From NCBI GenBank assembly GCA_030295235.1, contig AP026124.1:1736001-1800000 (forward strand): a DNA stretch of 64,000 nt, given 5' to 3'. This document shows positions 23,601 through 34,500 of this stretch, piece after piece. Position 1 is the stretch's first letter. Each line of letters begins with the position of its first letter. Under the pieces are notes generated by a model. That model saw nothing but the letters and a program-made list of their open reading frames with translations, did no database searches and was not told where the DNA came from. The translations under genes were made by a program, and so were the position numbers. Source of the DNA: Fistulifera solaris (lineage: Eukaryota).

Positions 23601-26600
23601 CGATGCAGCTTGAGCAGCGAGCGCCCCAAGGATCCCCCTCAGTTGCATATTCCGCGATAGCAAGAATTTGTGAGTGGATGTAGACTATACGAACAGAAGA
23701 GAGTTCAATGAGACCACATGCTTCTACATCGTCAGAAACATTGAATGGCAAAGCCGCCATTGTCTCACGATTCTCAGTGTATCTCACTTTAAGCAAAGTT
23801 TGCGTTTTTCCAGGGATGAGTCCTAGTATAGTCCTGTACGACGACTCGGTCCTGCCCAAATAAGGTGTAGAAATGGTTAAATCACCAAGAAGTACAGAAA
23901 TGTCACTTTCATTCATTCCACACGAAATATACGACACCGATGTGTCTTTCATCATGAGAAGGAAAAGCGGAAAGTCATCCTTAGCTGAATTCAAAACGAG
24001 TTGAAAATTGTCAACCAGAATCGCAACTTCGATAGTTTCTGAGACATATTCATTGTCTATTTTGTCAACTCCGTTTTCTTGGACAGAAGGCGCGAGGATT
24101 TCTCCCGACTTGATATGCACTTGAACTGATGCGAGTAAGCTTGAAAGCTTTATAGTAAGCTCTTTCATCACTAAAGGATTCCAGTTCACTGTCATCCCAG
24201 AAAATTCAGCTTTGATCTCTGTTCGAGCCACAGGTCCATTATCTTTCGAGCCAGAATTTACAAAACGTTTTCGAAATGATACATCGGCAAGACAACGATC
24301 AGAAATCTCAGAACTTGAACCTTTCATTTTCGAGGAGTCGCCAAACTGGTGAAGTTTTTGAATCACATCATCTGTAGAGTCAAATCTTGTGACCGACTGA
24401 GGAAGCGGGGAGTGCACCAAAAGCCAATTTTCTCGCGGGATAGCGCTCTCAATGTTTTCAAGCACCCAAAAGTGACCCATTGACAATTGAGACTGTAAGG
24501 ATTTATCTGAAAACATCGTAAGTGCCGTCCCTGCAGATACCAAATGAGCTTCAATTATGCTCGCTGGACTAAAATCATTCTTCACGAAAACGGAAAATCG
24601 TCCGAGCTTTGCACTAGCATAAATTTTGGGTAAAGGAGAAACTTCGTCGGATACTTTTTCAGCATTCTCGTTGTGTGACCCAGCCAACCGAGAAAGCTCG
24701 GTTGAAACCATTGGAGTGCCATGACCAAGCTCCTTCGCAGGCACTATATCTTCGAATACATTCTTCCATGTAACTGACATAGCAGCAATTCGCGATAGTT
24801 TGTCCTTCGAAAAAGCAAGCGCGATTGAGGGCATGTCGGCGAAACAGCAAAAGCGAGGGACCAAGTCACTGGAGCAACTTTCAACACCGAAGCAAACGGA
24901 AAGAGTAACTGGTTCTAGGACAGCGTAATCACCGGCCACACCCTCAGAAGATGATCGATTTCGGGTACATGAGTCTGCTCGGACAAGAGAGAAACTCATA
25001 TGATTGATCTCAACGGTACCGAAATCCAGAATAGTAATCGTAGATTCAGCAGCATCTCGCGGATTGTTGCCAAACCAATGCGAAACATCTTGGCTACCAT
25101 CAGAGAGTCCATACTGCAAGCGAAAATGACCGAGATCAAACATAAGAACGCTGGAAAAAGGGTCAACACAGGTCTCCGGAATAAGTACAATAGGAGCATG
25201 AAGGTCCAAATCAACTGTCAGGTCTGACTTGTCTTTCGTCTTTTCCTTCCATGCGTCAACGAGCGCGGACGAGAAGTCCGCGCCTCCGAACTCAAAATGT
25301 TTGGAGCAGCCTCCTTTTCAATGGCCTTCTCCCCTTCGCTAGTATCGTAAAACAAATCGACAGATCCAGATAACGACTGCGCGAGGAGTGGATTGAGTTT
25401 GAACTTCTTCGAACTAGTGCGTAAGGGAGGTGCCATGAAGTGAGCGGTTTCTGTAAGAAGGACCGGTGAAGCGACTGCCTCGAAGGTGTGTAATTTTACT
25501 TTTAAATTTTGATCTCCACGTGCAGTTTTGTGAAAATGTACAGAAAATGCTTCTCCAATGTCTTCGGTCCCTCGATTATGTAGGACGATTGGAAACAGAC
25601 TGTTGACGGTAATCTTATCCCGAATTTCAAGACTTCTCAATTGAAAATCAAAACTGTAAGACCCGTCAGAGTTCGCTTCAAATGAAGATGTTACTTTTCC
25701 CATTTCTAAGCCTGCCAGCTGTCTCAAATTATAGGAAGTGAGGTGAACTCGCATAGACCCCATGGTAAAGCTTATTTGGCACAACTTTGAATTGGAATCA
25801 AGGTCGTCACTTGTAGCTTGCGTCATAAATGCGGATTCTAACTCCTTCATCTCTTCAACGGACAACTGAATTGGCGGGTCATCGCGATCTGAGGAAATAG
25901 GACTGGACTTCACCGAAGATCCAAATAAAGATGTGAACAAACTGGTTTTTGTTTGAGCCCGTTTGGCATCGTCCTTTTCACGCTCCTTGTCAAGCTGCGC
26001 GTCTGCCACATTCCGCCAGATCATCAAACCATCCACCGCGATCGAACGATCACCTTCAATTTTTAGCAATTCAGATAATTCCTCTATACTCAGCGGCTGC
26101 AACCACGAGCAAGATTCATGATTCGCGTGTCGTTTGTACAACCCTATATACATCTTGCGCTTTTGGTAAGCTCGGAAGAACTCCCACCACAACGACCTGC
26201 CGCTGAGACGTCGAATACATCGATATGCATATTTCCACCAACTGAGCGCCGTTTGTCTCGTAACACGGGACAGGGGGCGATATTCGGGGAATAAAGGTCT
26301 TGAGATGTCAATGGCTGGGCGAATCCTATCTGCAATTTCCCATCCCATCTCAAGTTGGGCCCGAGAAACGATGATAGAGAGAGCACTAAGCTCACTTTCT
26401 AGCAAATACTTCGGAAAGTCTGTACAGTGACCGGAGTCTGCTTGTCGGAGCTTCGCTGTAAATGAGAGAGGCGAGAGAATGTAATTGCGTTCTGGCTGAC
26501 CTTCTTCCCTGATAGACGGCATTCCCCGTCCCGCATTCTCATCCAAATAGACACCCAATCCATTAATCTGTAGCCCCTTGTAAAGGAAATTTTGGTCTCC

Positions 26601-27272
26601 TTTAGTGCGGTCAACAAAAGCTCGCTGGCCATCTTGGTCCGTGGTTACGAGCTGAAAGGATTCGAGTTCCACACCGGCAGCGGCAGTTTCACTCTTCAGC
26701 GATATGTGCACATCTGATATCTCCACTTGTATGTTTTCAATGATCCGGCGAACCAACCTGGAACTAAAAGTGGACGAAGGCGCATTTTTCTTCGAAGACG
26801 TATTGTCGATATCTTGTTCCGCAATCTTCTTTAATGCGTTTGAACGGATTCGAAACGTGTCTTCCTGTTTTATTGCTGCCATGCGAGCTTCTTGTAGCTG
26901 TTGTGCTCGTATTAATTCGTTTTCAGCTACCGCATAAAGATGGTCCATGGATTCCGTCCGATCGTACGGTTCTACCGTGATCTCCAAACCTTGCGCTGTC
27001 AAAACTACCGAGCGGCTCATCAAATTCGCCCACGGCACATCGACCTGAAAACTTTGAAATTGACCCGACGTGAATCGAAACGGAATCGCTAGATTCGGAG
27101 TCAAGGCCGCCTGTCGATCTAGTTCCGCATTGACAGCGTCAATGTCGAGTTCCAAGCCATGAAGCTCGATCTTTCCACTCCACACCGCAAGATTCAGTGA
27201 ATTGGCGTCTAAATTGCGAACATATTTCCCAATGGTCTGCTCGAGAACATCTAATAGTGCTTGTTTTGCCAT
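17634..27272 (-). CDS. VPS13: Vacuolar protein sorting-associated protein 13 (lipid transfer protein)
   Basis: Chorein_N start (LLDVLEQTIGKYVRNLDANSLNLAVWSGKIELHGLEL), IIENIQVEISDVHI, WWKYAY and LDLHAPIVLIPE motifs, and a Gly-rich amphipathic C-terminus. Introns near 21072-21136, 18031-18103 and 17913-17965, plus several homopolymer frameshifts. Confidence 0.9.
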
Positions 27273-27760
27273 CTTCTAAGTCTTCTAAAGAAACATAATT
27301 GTTTCTCGAAACTTATCCGGAATGCAGCAACTCCTCTCCACAACATTGCCTTCGCCACTTGTGGATTTCTTTCGTGCGGGTGGAAGGAGATTTTGACGCT
27401 CGAGGATGCTCCACACTCCACAGACGTCGTGTCTCGTGTCACAGCGAAGCCGGTCCGACCCCCTTCACACTAGCAATTATTGTAGACAAAACAGACTACT
27501 TTCTACTATCAAGAATCTTTACCTGCTCCTAATATCCATCCCTTTCGGAATCTCAACCTATGTACAAAACGCCGTATCTGGTATTCACAAGGATTTCCAA
27601 CACTGGACGGTATCCAGCGCTGCTTTTACATAGAAAACTCAACGCATTCAGCGATAATTGACAGCGACGGTGCCAGCGAAATTTCGATCGGCATCAATTG
27701 AAAAAGTTGGAGGAAGAATATTCAAACGATCCTTCAAGCAACGATTTTTAAGATAAGACG

Positions 27761-28361
27761 ATGGAAACGTACGCGGACGATAGGAATGACTTCGCCATAG
27801 AGGATAGAGATGATCATACTGACCACTACTGCCGACCGTACCGGACGCTGCGATACTCCTTTTCGAAAGCTTGAGCGACATCTCAGAGCGTATTCTTGGC
27901 CCGTCCGACGTCTTCTGTGATCCAAGGATCAAAGCGGAAATAAAAGTGCTTCAGAGAAGCCGCGTCTTCTCGAAGAAATTCCCCCAGCCCGCGTACCATC
28001 CGTCCCATCCACTCCTGAAACGGCTAAATCCGAAGTCCCTATTGTCGTCACAACATCGAAGCGAGAGCTTGCGGAAGTGTTAGGGAAAGTAGTCGATGTC
28101 GTTGTCGCAGCAGAACGCCGGGGCTCAAGCACTTACGATTATTCCGATTTGAACACGCTTTTCTTGAAAGGCAAAGCCAGGGAGCATTGTGACGATTCCG
28201 AAGAAGTTGCTCTGACGTATCAAGAGCTACAAAAAATTGTAACGCAAATTGTTCTGAGCTCCAGAGAATCTGTCAAAGAGAGAATCGGTATACCAGGAGG
28301 TATTGTTATCTCGAATCTTGGTCCCAACAAGACAACTGTTGATCTTAGTTGGGCATGCTAA
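27761..28361 (+). CDS. Hypothetical protein (frameshifted)
   Basis: Segments METYADDRNDFAIEDRDDH..., EEIPPARVPSVPSTPE... and ...TTVDLSWAC* can only be joined by assuming indels. No recognisable domain. Confidence 0.3.
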
Positions 28362-28454
28362 TAAAGCTGTAGCATTTTCTAGCTGCTATTGTTACACAAC
28401 ATAGAAGTTTAATACTCACTACCCGTTGCAAAGGAAAAAATGCATCCAATACAA

Positions 28455-29399
28455 CTATCTCTCAAACTTAGATTTTGTTCCCACCAAAAAGCCAACCGAC
28501 AGGCCTACCATTAGAGGAAGTATCCCCTGCCACAACAACACAGAAGGTTTACCACCTTCTTCCTCACTCTCAGATCCGGAAATCCAAGAACCGGGCATCA
28601 AGGAAAATGGGAATTTTGACGTCAAGTCACTCCCGAAGAAAGAAGATTTTCGCAGTGTAGACGGCCGCTTCTTCAAAACGGCCTTGCTCGCAAAATCATC
28701 CGAATTTTGAATCTCTTCGAGCCACCGGACAGCCTCCTCCGCTGTCTCGACAAAATGAATCACTTCGTCTGGCTTTTGTTCCAATAATCGGTCTTCATAC
28801 GCACGTTGCATCATTTCCAGAAAAGGCTGATAAAAATGATCCACGTTGACACAAACGATTGGTAAAGAGTTGTGCAATCCTAGTTTCCGAGCACACGCCA
28901 TCTCCCAAAGTTCATCCCACGTTCCAGGACCTCCTGGTAACACCACAAGCGCATGTGCGCCTTCTACCAGAAGGCGTTTCCGCTCCTGTAAATCCGGACC
29001 ATCCGCAATCAACATTTCTCGAATCGGTCCTTCCGATGGGTTGTTGGATTTCTCAAACACCGAATGAGCGCCGCCGTCACGCAATGTCTTGCCCGTCGGT
29101 GTCGACGCCCAATCCCCTTGATCGACAAGCCACATTTTGTGTATGACACCCACAATGTGACCATTTCCTTCCACGGCACCATCGTTCATGGCGGCCATGC
29201 AACCAAAGCTCCCCGCTCCATTGACACAAGTGTGTCCTCGTTTCGCTAAAATGTAACCCAAATTTCGGGCTTCTTTCAAATACTTTTCGGGAGTTTTAGA
29301 TGAAGAAGATCCGTAGCAAGTGACCCGCAACGATCGCGAGGCTGGCTGTTGAATGAAATCAGATTGGAGGACTTGGTCGTCGATGGTAATGCTGGTCAT
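28455..29399 (-). CDS. LOG (Lonely Guy)/lysine decarboxylase-like phosphoribohydrolase with C-terminal membrane anchor
   Basis: VTCYGSS, NGAGSFGCM, ERKRLL and the LOG signature LPGGPGTWDELWE. C-terminal hydrophobic LLWQGILPLMVGLSVGFLVG followed by TKSKFER. Confidence 0.85.
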   Translation of the reverse strand: MTSITIDDQVLQSDFIQQPASRSLRVTCYGSSSSKTPEKYLKEARNLGYILAKRGHTCVNGAGSFGCMAAMNDGAVEGNGHIVGVIHKMWLVDQGDWASTPTGKTLRDGGAHSVFEKSNNPSEGPIREMLIADGPDLQERKRLLVEGAHALVVLPGGPGTWDELWEMACARKLGLHNSLPIVCVNVDHFYQPFLEMMQRAYEDRLLEQKPDEVIHFVETAEEAVRWLEEIQNSDDFASKAVLKKRPSTLRKSSFFGSDLTSKFPFSLMPGSWISGSESEEEGGKPSVLLWQGILPLMVGLSVGFLVGTKSKFER

Positions 29400-30406
29400 T
29401 TTTGAGAACTCAGTCCTAGTAACAATGCGATACTAACTTGGCAGCAACTGTTGCATTCCGGTCAGCTATTGCAATCGTTTCAGTTTTTCGTCTTTTGGTC
29501 TATTGCAAGACCGATTTCCAACTCCGTATTATTTGTTCTCTTCTTGTGGTTGTTGGCTGGTTGTTGGCAAAGCCCGTAGAAAAACCGCGAGCAGCAGAAT
29601 TTCCGACTGTCGTCCTATCCGTGACTGCTAGTTCACGGATCGAGCAGATGATCTCTGTCAGGCTAGGAGACAGTTTTGATCCAAGTTCGGCAAGAATAAT
29701 CTTAATCGGCCTAAGAATGACGCATTTCAAAAGGATTGATTGCGTACATCGCCAGTATTTAGTTGATTGGTTGTTGTGGACTTACTTTTCATCCAGTTTT
29801 CCGTCTGCGACATCAACCTAAAACGCCCAGAAATAGTCGTGAACGCGTAGTCGTCAATAACAGAAAATAATTTGATTTTCTCTTCATGGACTCTTAATGG
29901 CTTGTCGGGAGTTGGCTCGCAATCGAAGCATGGTCATTTGATTTGATTCGAGTTGTGTCCCATTATGTCACATGTGCATTTTTGCCTTATAGTGTACATA
30001 TTTCGGAAATCACAAACGACGGCTTTTCTAGTCTATCCAATATCCAATCCAACAACATCAATAACAGCAACTGCACTAATGAACTCATAACATTCTCTTT
30101 ATAACCTGTCGAGACTTGGGCAAAAATCGTAGCATTGCCATTACAAGTGAATGACGTGGGCCACTTTTCCGGGGACGGGAAAAGAGTTGAGTCACGGTAA
30201 GTCACCCTTTCACCTTTTTTGATTAATAAGGATACTGGTACCGTACCCAGCAACGGCATTTTCACAGGTAAGCTTGGCTCCTATCCCCTCCTATCCGACC
30301 ATGTTGCTTTGAACGAAAGAAGGTATCGCACCGTGTCACATGCCGTCGGAAATCGCAATGCTCCACGTCACATCCACTCACACTTTACGCTGGACTCTAA
30401 AGTTTT

Positions 30407-31069
30407 TTTTTTGCAAAACATTTTATTCCTAATTTTTTAATCGTCAGAATCTAATCTTGACATTCGACTGAATTTTCCACTTTTCATTCACATATATTTC
30501 AGTCTGATACTTCCCTGAGTAAGCTTTGGTTCTAACTCTCCAGCCTTAGTGCGCTAGTAGAGGGCCAGTCCCGAGCCCGTTTCCCAATGAGGGGGATTCC
30601 GTTTTGGCATTCCTTCTCTTGGATTTCGCAGAAGCATACTAACTGACCTGACCAGGGAAAGACTCATGCGCGCCCGGATGAAGCCACAGATCTCGGAGTA
30701 TGGCTTGTTCCACTTCCGCTGAAGTTTTCTTGCAAGCTGTCTCGATGCTGAAATAGCCTGTTGTCCCATCATTCCGTCAATGGAAAAGACCAGGGGAGTA
30801 GTCTATGAAAAAGTGTGCAAAAGAAGTGTCGGAAGTCGGAGTTGTAAATCGACCCAGCCGCCACGTCATACTACTAGTAAGTCATGCAAGGTTGCCACGT
30901 AGGATGACGTGAACCGTCCTACCAGTCTACATCTACATTGTGGCAAACATTCGCAAACAACAGCTTGAACTATTTGTGAGAAAATAAAAATAGACAACGT
31001 AAAAATCAGTCCGAATGTCAAAATTTATTCTGACTTAAAGAAATTAGGGAATAAAATTATTTGAAAAAG
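30407..31069. repeat. Pair of ~65-70 bp imperfect inverted repeats (30407-30477 and 31001-31069)
   Basis: Reverse complement of the left arm (aaaattcagtcgaatgtcaagattagattctgacgattaaaaaattaggaataaaatgttttgcaaaa) aligns with the right arm (aaaaatcagtccgaatgtcaaaatttattctgacttaaagaaattagggaataaaattatttgaaaaa). Confidence 0.75.
30554..30800 (-). mobile_element. 5'-truncated remnant of a non-LTR retrotransposon (CRE-like, restriction-like endonuclease C-terminus)
   Basis: Reads TPLVFSIDGMMGQQAISASRQLARKLQRKWNKPYSEICGFIRARMSLSLVRS...LLRNPR, the recognisable C-terminal block of CRE-like element ORFs. No reverse transcriptase is present. Confidence 0.7.
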
Positions 31070-31440
31070 TCTCATCCTTTTATTTGGACAAAATGCGAGG
31101 TCCGAGGTCGAGATGCGAGAGAAAAGAGATAACGGTCAGAATTCAGAATCCGAACCAAAGTGCCACGTCCACGTCGAGTGAGAACTTATGAAAGAAAATG
31201 TAACAATAGAAGTATGGCTACTACGTGGACTTGCAGTTGCAGAAGGCAATGAAAAAAGTATGGCCACAGTCAAACTGACACTCAACTACCACGAAAAGTG
31301 ACGTAATCATGTCGTCATGAACGATGACGTAACCACGTCGTCAACTTTTTATTCAACTGTCGGCAAGATTGCCACGTAGGATGACGTGACCGCTCGTACC
31401 AGTCTACGTAGCGGGTGGCGGCAAACACTCGCAAACAACA
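30886..31440 (+). repeat. ~77 bp direct repeat in the ABCC promoter (30886-30962 and 31363-31440)
   Basis: Both copies read gcaagRttgccacgtaggatgacgtga...taccagtctac...ggcaaacaYtcgcaaacaaca. Confidence 0.85.
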
Positions 31441-31578
31441 TTCTCACCCTTTTTCATTATTTATTCGACCACTCTCACAATTCTTTCGAGACGTCGATTT
31501 CATTCGACACAATCTCGAGCTCTCTAATCAACCTCGTTTCTATTGAGAGTATCAACAGTTGATTATCAAGCAATCATT

Positions 31579-34500
31579 ATGCCCGGTCCTTTTGCCCCGA
31601 TTACTGGAGGACGCGTCTCCGAGGTGGTCAACCAGGAGGCCGCCTTGTGCAAGTCCTCCTCCTGCCTTCCGACGTCGAACAAAGAGAACAAGGTCGACAA
31701 GTTCTGCAAGGACTACGAAGACTTTATCAATGTCTCAGATGCACACAAGATTTTCATCAGCAACTGGGAACAGGAAAAGAAGAAGACCGAGCAGCCAGAC
31801 GAGAAACCGTACAAGATGCTCTTGCGCTGTTTGTGGACCTCCTTCCGTTACGATTTCTTCAAGGCATTCTTCTCCAAGCTCACGTGGTCGATTCTTGTCA
31901 TCTTCTCAATCTACTACTTTGTTTTCGATATCCTTGACTTCATCAACAAGCGCGACAAGGAAATCCCCATCAACAAGGGCGAGTACTACGAGTTCTACCT
32001 CTGTGGAGGTTTCTTCGCTGCCATGTTCGTGCTGTCGATTGGTATCCAGCAAATGGGTATCTACTCGTCAATTTTGGGCTCCAAAGTCAAGGCAGCGCTC
32101 ACGACCGAGATCTACAAAAGATGATTGTCCGCGACCCTTACGGTTCCAAGGCGGATGTCGTCGCACTCGTTGCCAAGGATGTCGAGAAGCTCGCTGAAGC
32201 CTGTTTGAGCTTACAGTACTTGTGGTCTGGTATCTTCGAGACACTCGCTGCGTTGGCAGTCACGCTTATCTTGTTGGGTGCCACGATCCTTCCCGGCGTT
32301 GCTCTCATGGCAATCTTCATGCCGCTTCAGTACTACATGGGCATGGTCGTCGCCTACCGCAAGAAGGATTTGGCCAAAGTCTCGGACAAGCGCATCTCCC
32401 TCATGGAAGAAATCATGCGCAGTATCAAGCTCATTAAGATCTACGGTTGGGAAGCGTCCTTCTTCAAAAACCTCAACGAAATTCGCGCCGAAGAGAGTCG
32501 CTTGGTTGACGGAATCAACAACTACAAGTCGACTATCCTCGGTCTGATCTTCTGCTTGCCTCCTATGTTGTGCGTTGTCATTTTCGGGACAAAGGAAGCG
32601 ATGGATGAGATCGAGTCGGTTGTCGTCTTTACCGCCATGTCATTCTTCAATACACTACGTGTGCCGTTCTCCAAGTTGCCCAAGAGTCTCCGCGATGTGC
32701 TCGATGCCTTGTCCAGCATGGAACGTATCCAAGCCTTCTTGCTCGAGCCAGAACTGAGTGTCGCCGAGAAAAAGAACGACGCGCCTTCCAACCACAAAGG
32801 CATCACCTTCCGCAATGCTTGCTTGTCGTACGGCATGGACGGAGCCATCTTGTTGAACGATGTGAACTTGAACATCCCACAAGGCGCGCTCATGATGGTC
32901 GCTGGATCGGTGGCTTCCGGAAAGTCCAACTTGCTGAAATCTATCCTCGGTGACATGACCATGCGCAGCGGCCAGTGTCTCACGCCGGCATCGAAAGCCT
33001 ACGTTCCCCAGACCCCTTGGACGGCATTAGGGACCGTGCGAGACAACATTGTGTTCGGCTTGCCCTTCGATGAAACCTTCTACCGCAAGGTCATCTTCGC
33101 CTGCGCTTTGGAACCTGATTTGAAGATGATGCCCCTTGGAGACCAGACATGGATCGGAGAACGTGGAGGCAACTTGTCCGGAGGGCAGAAGCAACGTATA
33201 GCTCTCGCCCGCGCCGCATACAGTCGCGCCAAACTCTACGTATTGGACTCTCCCTTGTCAGCCGTCGACATGTACACGTGCCAGCACATCTTCAAGCTCT
33301 GCATCAAGGACATCATGATTGCTGGTGGCGGAACGGTCGTCCTGGCTACCCACCAGACAGAATTATTCCACATGTCGGACCATTTGGTTGTGATGAAGGA
33401 GAACAACGTCGTGTACAACGACAAGTACTCCTTCAAGGGTATCAAGCACCTCTTCCCCAACTTTTGCGGTGACGAAGTCGCTGAGAGCACCCAAGCCGGT
33501 TCTTCCCAAAAAATCGAACATCCTGCACCCTCGGAACCACACACCGAACCGCAAGATATTTTGGAACACCCCGAACATGGCGTCAAGGTAACACACGATG
33601 CCCTCGTTCCCCTCAAGCGTCATCCCCCATGACTCCGTCGCCGTCGACAAAGAAAATCATTACCAAGCCGCACGAAGAAAGCGAAGGAAGCATTTATTGG
33701 TGGTACATCCAAAAGATCGGCGTTTGCTTGTTTTCAACTGCGACTCTGATCTTTATTGTTGGTCAGATCTTCCGCGTGTACAGTGACAACTGGGTTTCGG
33801 TCTGGACCAAGCGCAAGTACGAACCGGAACGCACCGCCGATGCATTCTATGCCGGTCTCTACGGATTGTTGGTCTTTGTCTTTTGTGCATGTCCTTCTTG
33901 CGCGCCTTCTTCTACTACCGTACGGGCAAAGTTGGCGCCATGAATATTCACGATGCGGCATTCGGTGCCACCCTCAAGGCCCCCATGCACTTCTTCCATG
34001 TCACGCCCGTCGGTAAATTGTTGGCCTTTTTCTCTAAGGATGTCGAAATCATTGATGATCAGTTGGTCGACAACATCCTCATGTTCCAAATCATGTTCTG
34101 GATCTTCGTCATGGCCTGCGGTGTCGTTGCCTATAACTTGGTCTTCTTTTTGGTCATTGTCGCTGGATTGGCAGTTGTGTACATTTACACCGTGTACAAC
34201 TACATCCAAGCCTCCGTGCCTCTCATGCGCGCCGCGGAAGAGTCGGGTAGTCATGTCGTCGCTCACACGGCCGAGACGTTGAGTGGTCTGGCGGTGGTTC
34301 GTGCTTTCCGCATGGAAGACCGATTTGTGAACGAAAACGTGGGATTGCAAGCCAAGTCCGCCGTCGCTACCTTTTCCATCGCCAACCTCTCCTTGTGGTT
34401 GGCCTACCGCGTCGACTTGATTGGTGCCCTTTTGGTGTTGGGTTGCTGCCTCTTGGCCGTTGTCGACACCTCCATGGACGCTCCTATTGCCGGGTTGATT

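Larger units (their letters stand above)
30152..31500. promoter_or_regulatory. CCRE/CRE-like (TGACGT/ACGTCA) element cluster upstream of the ABCC gene
   Basis: Hexamers at 30152, 30365, 30863, 30905, 31299, 31325 and 31382, plus several CCACGT cores. Confidence 0.65.

Noticed and set aside
17634..27272. VPS13 as a pseudogene or as several separate genes
   Set aside because: The ORFs are collinear parts of one VPS13, separated by introns or homopolymer indels with no visible decay.
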